DNA of 64,000 nucleotides from Allosphingosinicella sp. (GCF_044225925.1 NZ_JBGAHY010000020.1); one strand, 5' to 3'; shown: positions 53,550 to 62,566, counted from the stretch's first letter. Program-made: numbers and translations. Notes: generated by a model from the sequence alone, not told the origin.

Positions 53550-55498
53550 CCGCACCTCCGCAAATGGTGGTGGTGAACCCCGGCTCGACGATGGCGAGGC
53601 CGGTGTCGATGCGGCGCGGTGGCCCCCTTGTCCGTGACGAAGCTGCCTTCGGAGGCGGATGGTTTCCAGCTGGCGCTGGCCCAACAGCGTGACGACCCTG
53701 TTCCCCTGGATCCGCACGGTCTGGACGTTGGCGGCATTGCCATCGACGCACCAGCGCCCGGCCGCCCAGCTGCGGTCGGGCGCCGCCGGGCGACAGGCGC
53801 GGGGCCAGGTGTTGCGAGCTGTCCGCCCTGGCCGTTCCTGTCCGGCGTCGGTGCGGGTGCCGCGCCCAACGGACCATCAGCGCCACCGCCACCAAAGCCA
53901 CGGGCGCGGTCAGGCGGGCGCCGAGCCAGAGGCGTGACCGGCGCGGGGACCGGCGCGGGGGCGGGCGGCGCCGGCACGATAATGGTCGGCGGCTCCGCCT
54001 CCTCGCGCGCTGGCGCCGGAGCGGGCGCCGCCAGCCGCGCGATCACCGCGTCCATCGACCGCAGGCGCTGCGCGGGGTCCACTTTTAGCATATCCGCGAG
54101 CAAAGGCCTGAGGCCCGCGGGCGCCGCGCTCAGGTCGGGCCCCTCGCGGCGCTTGCGGATCGCGTCGGCGAAACTGCCGGACATGTCCACTTTCTTGCCC
54201 CCGGCCACAGAGAGGATCAACAGGCCGAGACTGTACACATCCGTCCAGGCGCCGATCTCGCCACCATGTTCGCCGAGTTGTTCCGGCGCGACATAGTTGA
54301 GCTTGCCGGCGAAACCCTGGCCGATCAGAGTCGGGAGATTGCCGCCCAGATCCTTGGCGATGCCGAAATCGATGATCTTCGCCTCGTGAATGTCGCCGCC
54401 GGGCAGCATGACATTGTCCGGCGAGATGTCGCGGTGAATGGCGCCGAGGCGGTGCGCGGCGGCGAGGCCCGCCGCGAGCCGGGCGAGCAGGCGCCGCAAT
54501 TCGCCTTCGCTGCGGTCGACCCGGTCCAGCGCCTCGCCGAGGTCGACGCCGTCGATAAACTCGGTGACGATGTAGAGATTGCCGCGCTCGGGCTCGCGCG
54601 CCAGCACGCGATACTGGACGAGGGCCTCGTGGCTCAGCCGCGTGAGGGTCAGCGCCTCGCGCTGGAACATCTCGATGACCTTGGGGTCCGCCGCCAGCGC
54701 CGGGAGCAGCGCCTTCACCGCCACACGCTCCCCGCTATTGACGTTGCTGCCCTCGAACACCTGGCCCATGCCGCCGGCCTTGATGAAGCGCTTCACCTCG
54801 AAAATGTGGTTGAGCACGTCGCCGACCTCGATCGGGCGCGCGGGCGGCACGGTCGTCGGAGCGGCAGGTTCCGCCGGCCTTTCCGGCGCAGCCGACTCGC
54901 CCGTGCGGCGCGCCGTGCTGCCGGGCTTGCTCCTGAGCAAAGTGCGCATGCTCCCGGCAAGATTCTCGATGGCCTCGCGCACCGGCGCCTCGTCGAAGCC
55001 GCGATGGCGGAACGGCCGGAAATCGAACCATTGCAGCTTCTCGAGCGCGGCGAAGGCCTCGGGATTCTCCGGGTCGATATCCTCGACGCCGATGAACAGG
55101 ATCGGGAAGATGCGGCCCTTGTCCTTCAGCTCGGGGTGAACTTCCCTGAGCGCCGCCTCCCGCTCCAGGAACAGCTCGACCTCGCGGGCGCACCATTCGC
55201 TCTGCACGAAATTGGGCGTGATGATCGGAATGAAGAAGGTCGCCTCGTTGAGCGCGCGCGAGATTTCCTGCTCCCAGTTCGAGCCATGCGGGATCGTCTC
55301 GGCGTCCTGGAACAGGCGCACGGGCTCGCGGCCATATTGTTGCTGAAGCTCCTGGACCAATTTGGTCCGGAGCTGGCTCAAGCGGCCGTCGGAAAGCTGG
55401 TCGTCCTGACGGGCGTAGCTCCAGAAGCCGACGGGCGCCAACCGGGTCGGCGCGGGGGCGCGCGCTTCGGCCTTCACCTTATCCTTGTCCGACGGCAT
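53546..55498 (-). CDS. TIR-domain / Hanks-type Ser/Thr protein kinase fusion (3' ~400 nt of uncertain frame)
   Basis: ATG at 55498 with GGGGGAG upstream. TIR-like FWSYARQDD...GSNWEQEISRAL...FFIPIITPNFVQSEWCAREVELF. Kinase motifs AGGMGQV, VAVK, HRDISPDN, DFG, YVAPE. The stop overlaps the GTG of the next gene. Confidence 0.7.
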   Translation of the reverse strand: MPSDKDKVKAEARAPAPTRLAPVGFWSYARQDDQLSDGRLSQLRTKLVQELQQQYGREPVRLFQDAETIPHGSNWEQEISRALNEATFFIPIITPNFVQSEWCAREVELFLEREAALREVHPELKDKGRIFPILFIGVEDIDPENPEAFAALEKLQWFDFRPFRHRGFDEAPVREAIENLAGSMRTLLRSKPGSTARRTGESAAPERPAEPAAPTTVPPARPIEVGDVLNHIFEVKRFIKAGGMGQVFEGSNVNSGERVAVKALLPALAADPKVIEMFQREALTLTRLSHEALVQYRVLAREPERGNLYIVTEFIDGVDLGEALDRVDRSEGELRRLLARLAAGLAAAHRLGAIHRDISPDNVMLPGGDIHEAKIIDFGIAKDLGGNLPTLIGQGFAGKLNYVAPEQLGEHGGEIGAWTDVYSLGLLILSVAGGKKVDMSGSFADAIRKRREGPDLSAAPAGLRPLLADMLKVDPAQRLRSMDAVIARLAAPAPAPAREEAEPPTIIVPAPPAPAPVPAPVTPLARRPPDRARGFGGGGADGPLGAAPAPTPDRNGQGGQLATPGPAPVARRRPTAAGRPGAGASMAMPPTSRPCGSRGTGSSRCWASASWKPSASEGSFVTDKGATAPHRHRPRHRRAGVHHHHLRRCG

Positions 55499-55589
55499 CC
55501 CGACTCCCCCGTCGCGATCGGGAGAGGATTCCACTCTAAGTGTCCGGCGTCAAATCTGACATGCCCGGGGCGGGACTGCGGGCGCCTCG

Positions 55590-56264
55590 TCAGGCCGGCT
55601 GGCCGACCATCTCCAGCAGGCCTTCGAACAGGCGGCGGCCGTCGGTGAGGCCGTGGGCCTCCTCCACCGCGCGCTCGGGGTGCGGCATCATGCCAAGCAC
55701 GTTGCCAGCCTCGTTGAGGATGCCGGCAATGCCGCGCGCGGAGCCGTTGACGTCGGCAACGTAGCGGAAGGCGACCCGGCCTTCCCCCTCGAGCCGGTCG
55801 AGCGTCGCCGCGTCCGCCTGGAAATTGCCGTCATGATGGGCGACCGGGATGACGATCTCCTCGCCGGCATCGTAGCGCGCGGTGAAGACCGACTGGCTGT
55901 TCTCCACCTTCAGCGCGACATCGCGGCAGACGAAATTGATGCCGGCATTGCGCATCAGCGCGCCGGGCAGCAGCCGCGCCTCGGTCAGCACCTGGAAGCC
56001 GTTGCAGACGCCCAGCACCGCGACGCCGCGCTCGGCCGCTTCCTTCACCGCCCACATCACTTCGGACTGGGCCGCCATCGCGCCGGAGCGCAGATAATCG
56101 CCATAGGAAAAGCCGCCGGGGATCGCGATCAGGTCGAGCCCGTCTGGCAGGCGATCCTCGCGGTGCCAGACCATCGTTGGCGCGCGGCCGGTGACGAGGC
56201 GGAGCGCCTCGGCCATGTCGCGATCGCAATTGGAGCCCGGGAAGACGATGACGGCGCTCTTCAC
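55590..56264 (-). CDS. purQ: phosphoribosylformylglycinamidine synthase subunit PurQ
   Basis: The GTG at 56264 overlaps the purS stop. [16 protein letters not shown]..., [14 protein letters not shown] catalytic Cys, MPHPER. Confidence 0.9.
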   Translation of the reverse strand: MKSAVIVFPGSNCDRDMAEALRLVTGRAPTMVWHREDRLPDGLDLIAIPGGFSYGDYLRSGAMAAQSEVMWAVKEAAERGVAVLGVCNGFQVLTEARLLPGALMRNAGINFVCRDVALKVENSQSVFTARYDAGEEIVIPVAHHDGNFQADAATLDRLEGEGRVAFRYVADVNGSARGIAGILNEAGNVLGMMPHPERAVEEAHGLTDGRRLFEGLLEMVGQPA

Positions 56265-56503
56265 GCCGTCACTCCCTCGCGCTCGATGCGGTAATTCTCG
56301 ATCACCGTATTGGCGAGCAGCTTGCGGCACATCTCCTCGATCTCGGACTCATGCACGTCGTCGGCGAGATCGAGCTCGATCAATTTGCCGGCGCGCACGT
56401 CGTTGACGCCGGCGAAGCCGAGGCCGTCCAGCGCGTGGTGGATGGCCTTGCCCTGCGGATCGAGGACGCCGTGCTTGAGGGTGACGAAGACGCGGACCTT
56501 CAT
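56261..56503 (-). CDS. purS: phosphoribosylformylglycinamidine synthase subunit PurS
   Basis: 80 aa. [30 protein letters not shown]. Confidence 0.9.
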   Translation of the reverse strand: MKVRVFVTLKHGVLDPQGKAIHHALDGLGFAGVNDVRAGKLIELDLADDVHESEIEEMCRKLLANTVIENYRIEREGVTA

Positions 56504-56545
56504 GGCCCGCGCCTATGCCCCGAACGCCGCCCGCCCGCAAGCGGG

Positions 56546-57187
56546 TCAGTCGCCCGTTGCGTCAGTTGTGGCGACTTCCCCGCGCTTCGGCGACGGCTTG
56601 AGCAGGACCGAGAGGAAGAAGCCGAAGATCAGCTGCCAGGGCAGGAAGATCGGCAGGATGTAGTTCAGCGCGGTCGGATTTTCCGCGTCCGCGTTGAGCA
56701 GCAGCATGGAAATGCCGCCCCAGGCGGTCAGCAGGACGATGCCGGCAAGGAAGACCACGACACCCGCCTTGGCCGAACGCAGGCCGAGCACGAACAAAGC
56801 GAGGAAACTCAATGCCGAGCCGACGAAGCCGGCGAGGAGTCCGGGCAGCAGCCCGGGCGTCGCGGCGACGCCGGTCTCGGCCGCCTCCGCGCCGCTGGAC
56901 CCCAGCCAAAGGAACGCGGCGATCGCGCCATAATGCACGGCGGGAATGAGGATCAGGACGAAGAGGATCGCCAGCCAGTTGGTCCGCCGGGTCAGCTCGA
57001 AGACCGCATAAGGCAGGCCGAAGGCGATCGTGTAGAGCGCCACTAGGATCGCCGGATCGAGCGCCGGCTCGCCCATGTCGTTCACCGACCAGCCAAGGAT
57101 GGAATAGGTGGTCGCGGCGTAGAAGAGGGCGGCAAACAACAGGGCGCCGAGCGCGAACAGGCCCAGTGCGGTGCGGTTGATCATCAT
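56546..57187 (-). CDS. hypothetical polytopic membrane protein
   Basis: Start re-picked at MMINRTALGLFALGALLF. About 6 hydrophobic segments. Confidence 0.5.
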   Translation of the reverse strand: MMINRTALGLFALGALLFAALFYAATTYSILGWSVNDMGEPALDPAILVALYTIAFGLPYAVFELTRRTNWLAILFVLILIPAVHYGAIAAFLWLGSSGAEAAETGVAATPGLLPGLLAGFVGSALSFLALFVLGLRSAKAGVVVFLAGIVLLTAWGGISMLLLNADAENPTALNYILPIFLPWQLIFGFFLSVLLKPSPKRGEVATTDATGD

Positions 57188-57295
57188 CCTCTCCTCCTCA
57201 GGTCCGCGCCTGCTTAACCGGTTCCGCGGGCCGAACAAAGGCCGCACAGGCCGGCAAGGCTGGTTTTCCTGCGCCAGCGCCCCTATTTTACAGCG

Positions 57296-57622
57296 ATGAG
57301 CGAAATCGCCCTTTCTCCTTCCGCGGCGGCGCGCGTTGCGGCGATCGCGGCCCGGCAGGCCAAGCCGGCGATCCTGCGGCTGTCCGTGGACGGCGGCGGC
57401 TGCGCCGGCTTCCAGTATAAATTCGAACTGGCCGATGCGGTGGCGGGCGACGATGAAGTGGCCAGCGAGGACGGAGTGACCCTGGTCGTCGATCCGGTCT
57501 CGCTCGATCTGGTCCGCGGCTCGGTCGTTGATTTCGTCGAGAGCCTCGGCGGCGCCGCCTTCCAGGTCACCAACCCCAATGCGGCCTCGGGCTGCGGCTG
57601 CGGGACGAGCTTCAGCATCTAG
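57296..57622 (+). CDS. erpA: iron-sulfur cluster insertion protein (HesB/IscA/ErpA family)
   Basis: LRLSVDGGGCAGFQYKF...SGCGCGTSFSI C-terminal Cys motif. Confidence 0.85.
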   Translation: MSEIALSPSAAARVAAIAARQAKPAILRLSVDGGGCAGFQYKFELADAVAGDDEVASEDGVTLVVDPVSLDLVRGSVVDFVESLGGAAFQVTNPNAASGCGCGTSFSI

Positions 57623-57644
57623 AGACGGAACGCGGGACGGGCTG

Positions 57645-58166
57645 ATGATCGGACAGGGCTTTATTCTGCTCGCCAGCGTCTTTGCGCAGGCCCCCGCCGA
57701 TGATCCGTTGGCGCTCGCTCGATCCGGCCAGTTGCAATGCTACACGCCGAATGCGGCGCAGAAGACATGTCGTGCGCTCGCGGGATATCGGCAGGATGGG
57801 GGGGAGGCGCAGTATATCAATCGTGCCCAACTCCCGATCACCCCGGATGGGTCGATGACGCTAACGACGACGTCACGCGTCCGAATTGTGTCGGGCGCGG
57901 TCTGCGGCACAATCCAGGCCGAGGATATTGCCGGTGCAGAGCTGGCGGTTGCGGGCAGCGCGATGGATGCAGACCGGGCAGCGCCGCTTTTGACACAGAT
58001 CGCGCAGGCGCTGACCTCCATCATTGGTCACGAAATCTGCACCCGGTACGTGCAGCACGGCGACGGTCTCGTCGCCGAGGGCTCAATGGACGGGACGCGC
58101 CGTCCGGATCTGGATCAACCGGTCATATGGGTCGGTCCGTCAGACGGTTATCGCGTTTCGCAATAG
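57645..58166 (+). CDS. hypothetical secreted protein
   Basis: ATG at 57645. MIGQGFILLASVFAQA signal peptide. Four Cys residues. Confidence 0.45.
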   Translation: MIGQGFILLASVFAQAPADDPLALARSGQLQCYTPNAAQKTCRALAGYRQDGGEAQYINRAQLPITPDGSMTLTTTSRVRIVSGAVCGTIQAEDIAGAELAVAGSAMDADRAAPLLTQIAQALTSIIGHEICTRYVQHGDGLVAEGSMDGTRRPDLDQPVIWVGPSDGYRVSQ

Positions 58167-58209
58167 CCCGCTCTTCCGCTCCGCCGCGTTCGGCTGCTAA
58201 GCCTCGCCC

Positions 58210-58995
58210 ATGAAAATCGTCACCTACAATCTCAACGGCGTCCGCGCCCGGCTCCCGCGCCTGCTTGAATATCTGGAGGAGCAGAAGCCCGCGGCGGTGT
58301 GCCTGCAGGAGATCAAGTGCGACGACGACAACTTCCCGATCAAGGAGATCAGGGAGGCGGGCTATGACGGCATCTGGCATGGACAGAAGGGCTTTAACGG
58401 CGTCGCCATCCTGACCCCCGCCGCGACCCCGCCGACGCTCCGCCGTCTCGGCCTGCCCGGCGATCCGGACGACACGCACAGCCGTTATATCGAGGCGGAG
58501 GTGCAGGGCGTGACTTTGGCCTCCATCTACCTGCCCAACGGCAATCCGGTCGGCACCGAGAAGTTCGCCTACAAGCTCGCCTGGATGGAGCGGCTGCGCG
58601 TTCACGCGCTGGAATTGCTCGCCGAGGAGCGGCCCACGATCCTCGCCGGCGATTTCAACGTGATCCCGACCGACGATCCGGACGACGTCTTCTCCGCCAA
58701 AGCGATGGCTTCCGACGCGCTCTCCCAGCCGGAGAGCCGGCAGGCGCTGCGCCGGATCCTCAACCTGGGCTATACGGACGCGATCCGCGCCCGCTATCCG
58801 ACCGGCCAGGTCTATACCTTCTGGGATTATACCGCCGGCTGCTGGCAGCGCGACGCGGGCTTCCGCATCGATCATTTCCTGCTCAGCGCCCAGGCCGCTG
58901 ACCGGCTCCGCGATGCCGGCGTCGACAAGGACTATCGCGGACGGGAGAAGGCCAGCGACCATGCCCCGACCTGGGTCGAGATCGACGACGAATAA
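58210..58995 (+). CDS. xthA: exodeoxyribonuclease III
   Basis: MKIVTYNLNGVRARL...CLQEIK...ASDHAPTWVEI. Confidence 0.9.
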   Translation: MKIVTYNLNGVRARLPRLLEYLEEQKPAAVCLQEIKCDDDNFPIKEIREAGYDGIWHGQKGFNGVAILTPAATPPTLRRLGLPGDPDDTHSRYIEAEVQGVTLASIYLPNGNPVGTEKFAYKLAWMERLRVHALELLAEERPTILAGDFNVIPTDDPDDVFSAKAMASDALSQPESRQALRRILNLGYTDAIRARYPTGQVYTFWDYTAGCWQRDAGFRIDHFLLSAQAADRLRDAGVDKDYRGREKASDHAPTWVEIDDE

Positions 58996-59447
58996 TCTGC
59001 GATATATTGGCGCGCGGTGGGACTTGCGTTCCCCACAAAGCGTTCGGTCGGCCTGAGGGCCGGACCCGTGCTACGGCAGCAAGATTTACCGTGTCACGCG
59101 CGCCGGGGCGGAGACTAGCAGAAAGCCGTCGCGTCGGGAATATGAAGGCGGCCCCGCCCCGCCGCAGCCGGCGCTCAATCCGTCCCGCTGAAGTGAAATT
59201 CGCCAGGCCGGTCTATTTAAGACGATTTCAGGAAGACAGCGCCCCCCGCAAATAATATGCACCAATCCGTCAGGTCGGCAGGGAAAAAGGGGAACAACTT
59301 TACTTGCCTGATCTTGGCCCGACCGTCCGGGTGCCGATTCCCTCCGCTCGGCCCCAACCCCCGGACGACCGGACCGGCCACCCGCGGCCAAGCGGGCCGG
59401 CCGGTTCGGCAGGGGCACATTCAAAATGATGAGCGGATCGCGCCGCC

Positions 59448-59870
59448 TCAGGCGACGTGGACATCGTCGAAATGGACGTTGCCGAGATCGCCGGCGCAGC
59501 GCGTCGAGCGGTCGTGCGAGCCGTCCTGGCCGATCACTTCCATCGTGTTCCGGTCGATCGGGATGATCGTAAGGGTGGTGGCCCCGGCCTCGCCGCTCAG
59601 GGTCAGCCTGTCGCCGGTCAGGCTCCATTGCCCCTCGCTGCCGTCCGCGGTCGCATAGCCACCGTCCGCAGTGAAGGCGACGGTGGACGTGCAATCGCCC
59701 TGGTCGGACCAGCTGCCGATCAGGAACTCGCGATCGACCGCCCGATGCGTGGCGGCGGGCGCGTGTGCGGGAAGCTGGGCGTAGGCGGCCGGGCCGCTGG
59801 CGGCGAAGGCGAACAGGGCAGCGGCGGCGGTGGCAGTACGGAACATCGACACAAGCGCCTGCCTCTTCAC
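59448..59870 (-). CDS. small secreted protein, paralog family A
   Basis: Signal peptide, then DREFLIGSWSDQGDC...FTADGGY...WSLTGDRLTL...DGSHDRSTRC. Confidence 0.55.
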   Translation of the reverse strand: MKRQALVSMFRTATAAAALFAFAASGPAAYAQLPAHAPAATHRAVDREFLIGSWSDQGDCTSTVAFTADGGYATADGSEGQWSLTGDRLTLSGEAGATTLTIIPIDRNTMEVIGQDGSHDRSTRCAGDLGNVHFDDVHVA

Positions 59871-59882
59871 CTTATTCCTCCC

Positions 59883-60386
59883 TCAGGCTGCCCCCTGGCA
59901 CCGCGTGGATCGCCCGGTCGAGCCGTCCGGATTGACCACGTTCAGCGTATTCTGGTCGGCGGCGCTGACCGTCAATGTCCGTGGCGCGGCGCCATCGAAG
60001 GTCAGGGTCAATTTGTCGCCCTCGAGCGTCCAGGCGGCGTTCTGTCCGGTCGTGTTGGTGTAGCGGCCGTCGGCGCTGAACTGGCCCGATTCATGACAGT
60101 CACGCCCGTCGGTCCAGCGGCCGATCAGGAAGGCGCGGTCGACCGCCGGGGTGAGCGTCGAGGTGGCGGGAATCGCGTTGGGATTGCCGGCAAGGCCTTG
60201 GCCGTTCGGCTCGGCGCTGTGCGCGGGCAGGCCGGCGGCGGAGGCCTGGATGGCGGTGGGGCCGGTGCTGTGCGCCGGCTGGCTCTGCGCCTTCTGGGCG
60301 GAGGCGCCCTGCCCGGAGGGCGCCCGATTGCACGCGCCGAGGCTGCACAAGACAGCGGTCGCGGCCAGAGAGGTGACAAGCTTCAT
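59883..60386 (-). CDS. small lipoprotein, paralog family A
   Basis: MKLVTSLAATAVLCSLGAC lipobox, then DRAFLIGRWTDGRDC...FSADGRY...WTLEGDKLTL...DGSTGRSTRC. Confidence 0.55.
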   Translation of the reverse strand: MKLVTSLAATAVLCSLGACNRAPSGQGASAQKAQSQPAHSTGPTAIQASAAGLPAHSAEPNGQGLAGNPNAIPATSTLTPAVDRAFLIGRWTDGRDCHESGQFSADGRYTNTTGQNAAWTLEGDKLTLTFDGAAPRTLTVSAADQNTLNVVNPDGSTGRSTRCQGAA

Positions 60387-60532
60387 TCACGGGTCCCCGA
60401 AAAAGCAGAGGGGAAACATAGCGACTGCCGGCCGCGAGTAAAAGGGGCGTCGCAAGGGGGCTGCCCGCGATGTGTAGTTTCGGGGCGGATCGGCACAGGC
60501 CGTTACCGCCGTAACGAACGCCCGAAGCCGCC

Positions 60533-61699
60533 CTACAAAGCCTTTTCGTAGATCCGGTAGGTGCGGTTGTTCCGGCTCTCGATCGCCTCCGCAATGGAGA
60601 TCATCGGGCCATTGTCCTCCAGCACCCAGCCCACTTCGGCGCGGGTGATGCCGTAATGGCCGTTCCCGGCCCGGCGGATATATTCGATCATCATGAAGGC
60701 GAGCTGGCTGGCCATGCGGGTTGCGTGAAGTTTGCGAAGCACGCCCATAAGCGGCACACGCCCGCCCTTGGGCCGCATCTTTTTCAGCCGCCAGAGCAGC
60801 TTCACGAGCGCGATCGGATTGTCCGCGCCCTTCAGGTCCATGATGAATTCGTTGATGTCCGGCAGGGCGATCATGAAGGCCACCGGCTCGCCCTCATATT
60901 CGGCGACCAGGATCATGTCCTCCAGCACGATCGGCTTCAGCTTCTTGCCCGCATAAGCGATCTCGCTGTCGGTCAGCGGGATGAAGCCCCAATTCTCCGA
61001 CCAGGCCTCGTTGAGGATGTTGAGGATGAGCGCCGCTTCCTCGTCGAACTTCTTCTTGTTGATCTGGCGGATGCGGATGCGCGGGTTCTTCTCGCCGGCC
61101 GCGACGATCCGCTGGACGATCGGCGGGAAGGGCCGGTCGACCGGGACATCATAGGTCAGCAGATCCTTGATGCCGTGATAGCCGGCATGCTCGACCCAGG
61201 CTTCGTAAGCGGCCTTGTTATGCCCCATCATCACCATCGGCGGATGATCATGGCCTTTGATGAGCAAACCGGGCTTGTCCCAGATGCCGAGCGAGAAGGG
61301 GCCCATGGACCGGGTCATGCCCTTGTCGCGCAGCCACGCTTCCGCCGCCGCGAGCAAGGCATGGGCGGTGGCCTCGTCCTCGGCCTCCAGGAAGCCCCAC
61401 TGGCCGATGCCGGCGCCCATATGCTCGAGCACAAGCTGGTCGATCTGCGCCGAAATCCGGCCGACCGGCTCGTTCCGTCCGGCGCGCCAGGCGAGGAACA
61501 GCTCGGCCTCGCCATGCTCGAACCAGGGATTCTTCCCCGGCGTGATCAGGCCGCGCTCCTCCATCTTCAGCTCCGGCACCCAGTTCGGGTCGCTGAGATT
61601 CAGCCGGTAGGCGAGCTCGACAAAGGCCTTCTTGTCGGCCTTGGAGGAGACGGGGCGGATGCTGAGGCCGTCGGCGGACGGGGCAGGGGCGCTGGTCAT
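60533..61699 (-). CDS. GNAT-like N-acetyltransferase family protein (often annotated as dATP pyrophosphohydrolase)
   Basis: 388 aa. Conserved alphaproteobacterial family, recognised only by overall sequence pattern. Confidence 0.55.
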   Translation of the reverse strand: MTSAPAPSADGLSIRPVSSKADKKAFVELAYRLNLSDPNWVPELKMEERGLITPGKNPWFEHGEAELFLAWRAGRNEPVGRISAQIDQLVLEHMGAGIGQWGFLEAEDEATAHALLAAAEAWLRDKGMTRSMGPFSLGIWDKPGLLIKGHDHPPMVMMGHNKAAYEAWVEHAGYHGIKDLLTYDVPVDRPFPPIVQRIVAAGEKNPRIRIRQINKKKFDEEAALILNILNEAWSENWGFIPLTDSEIAYAGKKLKPIVLEDMILVAEYEGEPVAFMIALPDINEFIMDLKGADNPIALVKLLWRLKKMRPKGGRVPLMGVLRKLHATRMASQLAFMMIEYIRRAGNGHYGITRAEVGWVLEDNGPMISIAEAIESRNNRTYRIYEKAL

Positions 61700-61752
61700 G
61701 CGCGTCTTCCTAAGCCCTCCAGGGGGACTTGTCTCGCCTCTCTTGCGAGGGG

Positions 61753-62100
61753 TCAGCGCAGGAGCGCGCCGAGCTCGTCCAGCGCGGTTTCCAGCTGCTG
61801 CGCCAGCCGGCCGGCGGCGGCGCGCGACGGCGGCGCGTCACGGGAGGCGAGCAACGCCTCGACCCCGGCGGCGGCCCAGAGCGCGGTCTCGCTGGCCAGC
61901 GCCTCGAAGCGGCGCCGCACCACCGGCAAAGCGAGATCATAGGCGTCGGAGATCCGGGCTGCTTCCTCGAGCGCGCGATCGTTCAGGCGGGGCTGGCCGG
62001 CGATCCGCTCGACCAGCCGCAGCGCCTCGTGCAGCTGCGCGATCTGCCGCCCGGGATCGGGCCCGTCTGCGGCGGGGGAGGGCGGCGCCTGATGCGTCAT
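61753..62100 (-). CDS. hypothetical protein
   Basis: 115-aa helical, Ala/Leu-rich ORF. No family recognised. Confidence 0.4.
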   Translation of the reverse strand: MTHQAPPSPAADGPDPGRQIAQLHEALRLVERIAGQPRLNDRALEEAARISDAYDLALPVVRRRFEALASETALWAAAGVEALLASRDAPPSRAAAGRLAQQLETALDELGALLR

Positions 62101-62146
62101 GGCTCCGAGGCTAGGCCCCGGATGCCTAATGAAGCGCTAAGATCGC

Positions 62147-62566
62147 CTAGTTGGGAACCGCGACCGCAGCTTCCTGGCCGTCGCCCTGCGGCAGCGCCAG
62201 CATGGTCTGGACCAGGGTGCCGCGGCTCACCACGGCGGTGCGCGGATCGCCGGCGACCGAGCGGGCGCCGAGCGCGGCGCGCTCGCTATGCGCGACCTGC
62301 AGCATGTTGTTCTCGACAGCGCTGCGCGGCTGCGGGCCGCCGAACAGGGCCTGCAGCGCCTGCGCGCGCGGGTCCTGGGCGCCGACATCGGCCTCGCCCG
62401 GACGCGGCGGGGTCAAGGCGAAATCGGGCGGCACCACCAAAGGCGCGTTGCGCGCGACCGCGAATTCGTCGGGGCCGCGGCCGCGGCTGAACGGGCCGTT
62501 CGCGGCACAGCCGGCGATGAGGGTGGCGGCCGATGCGGCCAGGACGAGACGGGCGGCGCTACGCAT
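62147..62566 (-). CDS. DUF3035 family lipoprotein
   Basis: Start re-picked at MRSAARLVLAASAATLIAGC. GPDEFAVARNAPLVVPPDFALTPP motif. Immediately downstream of lspA. Confidence 0.65.
   Translation of the reverse strand: MRSAARLVLAASAATLIAGCAANGPFSRGRGPDEFAVARNAPLVVPPDFALTPPRPGEADVGAQDPRAQALQALFGGPQPRSAVENNMLQVAHSERAALGARSVAGDPRTAVVSRGTLVQTMLALPQGDGQEAAVAVPN

Noticed and set aside
53236-53901. 221-aa minus-strand ORF as an independent gene.
   Set aside because: It runs through the OmpA-like gene out of frame. Only its first ~13 codons (part of the TM-like segment) look meaningful, and these are better explained as a displaced piece of the kinase gene.
59009-59108. Long-range stem ggcgcgcg...cgcgcgcc enclosing about 80 nt, considered as a tRNA-like gene.
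   Set aside because: No T-loop or D-loop consensus and no cloverleaf can be drawn.
59268-59295. gtcaggtcggcagggaaaaagg resembling the SRP (4.5S) RNA conserved GGUCCGGAAGGAAGCAGC motif.
   Set aside because: Too many mismatches to the conserved core, and no flanking helix 5/8 pairing is visible.
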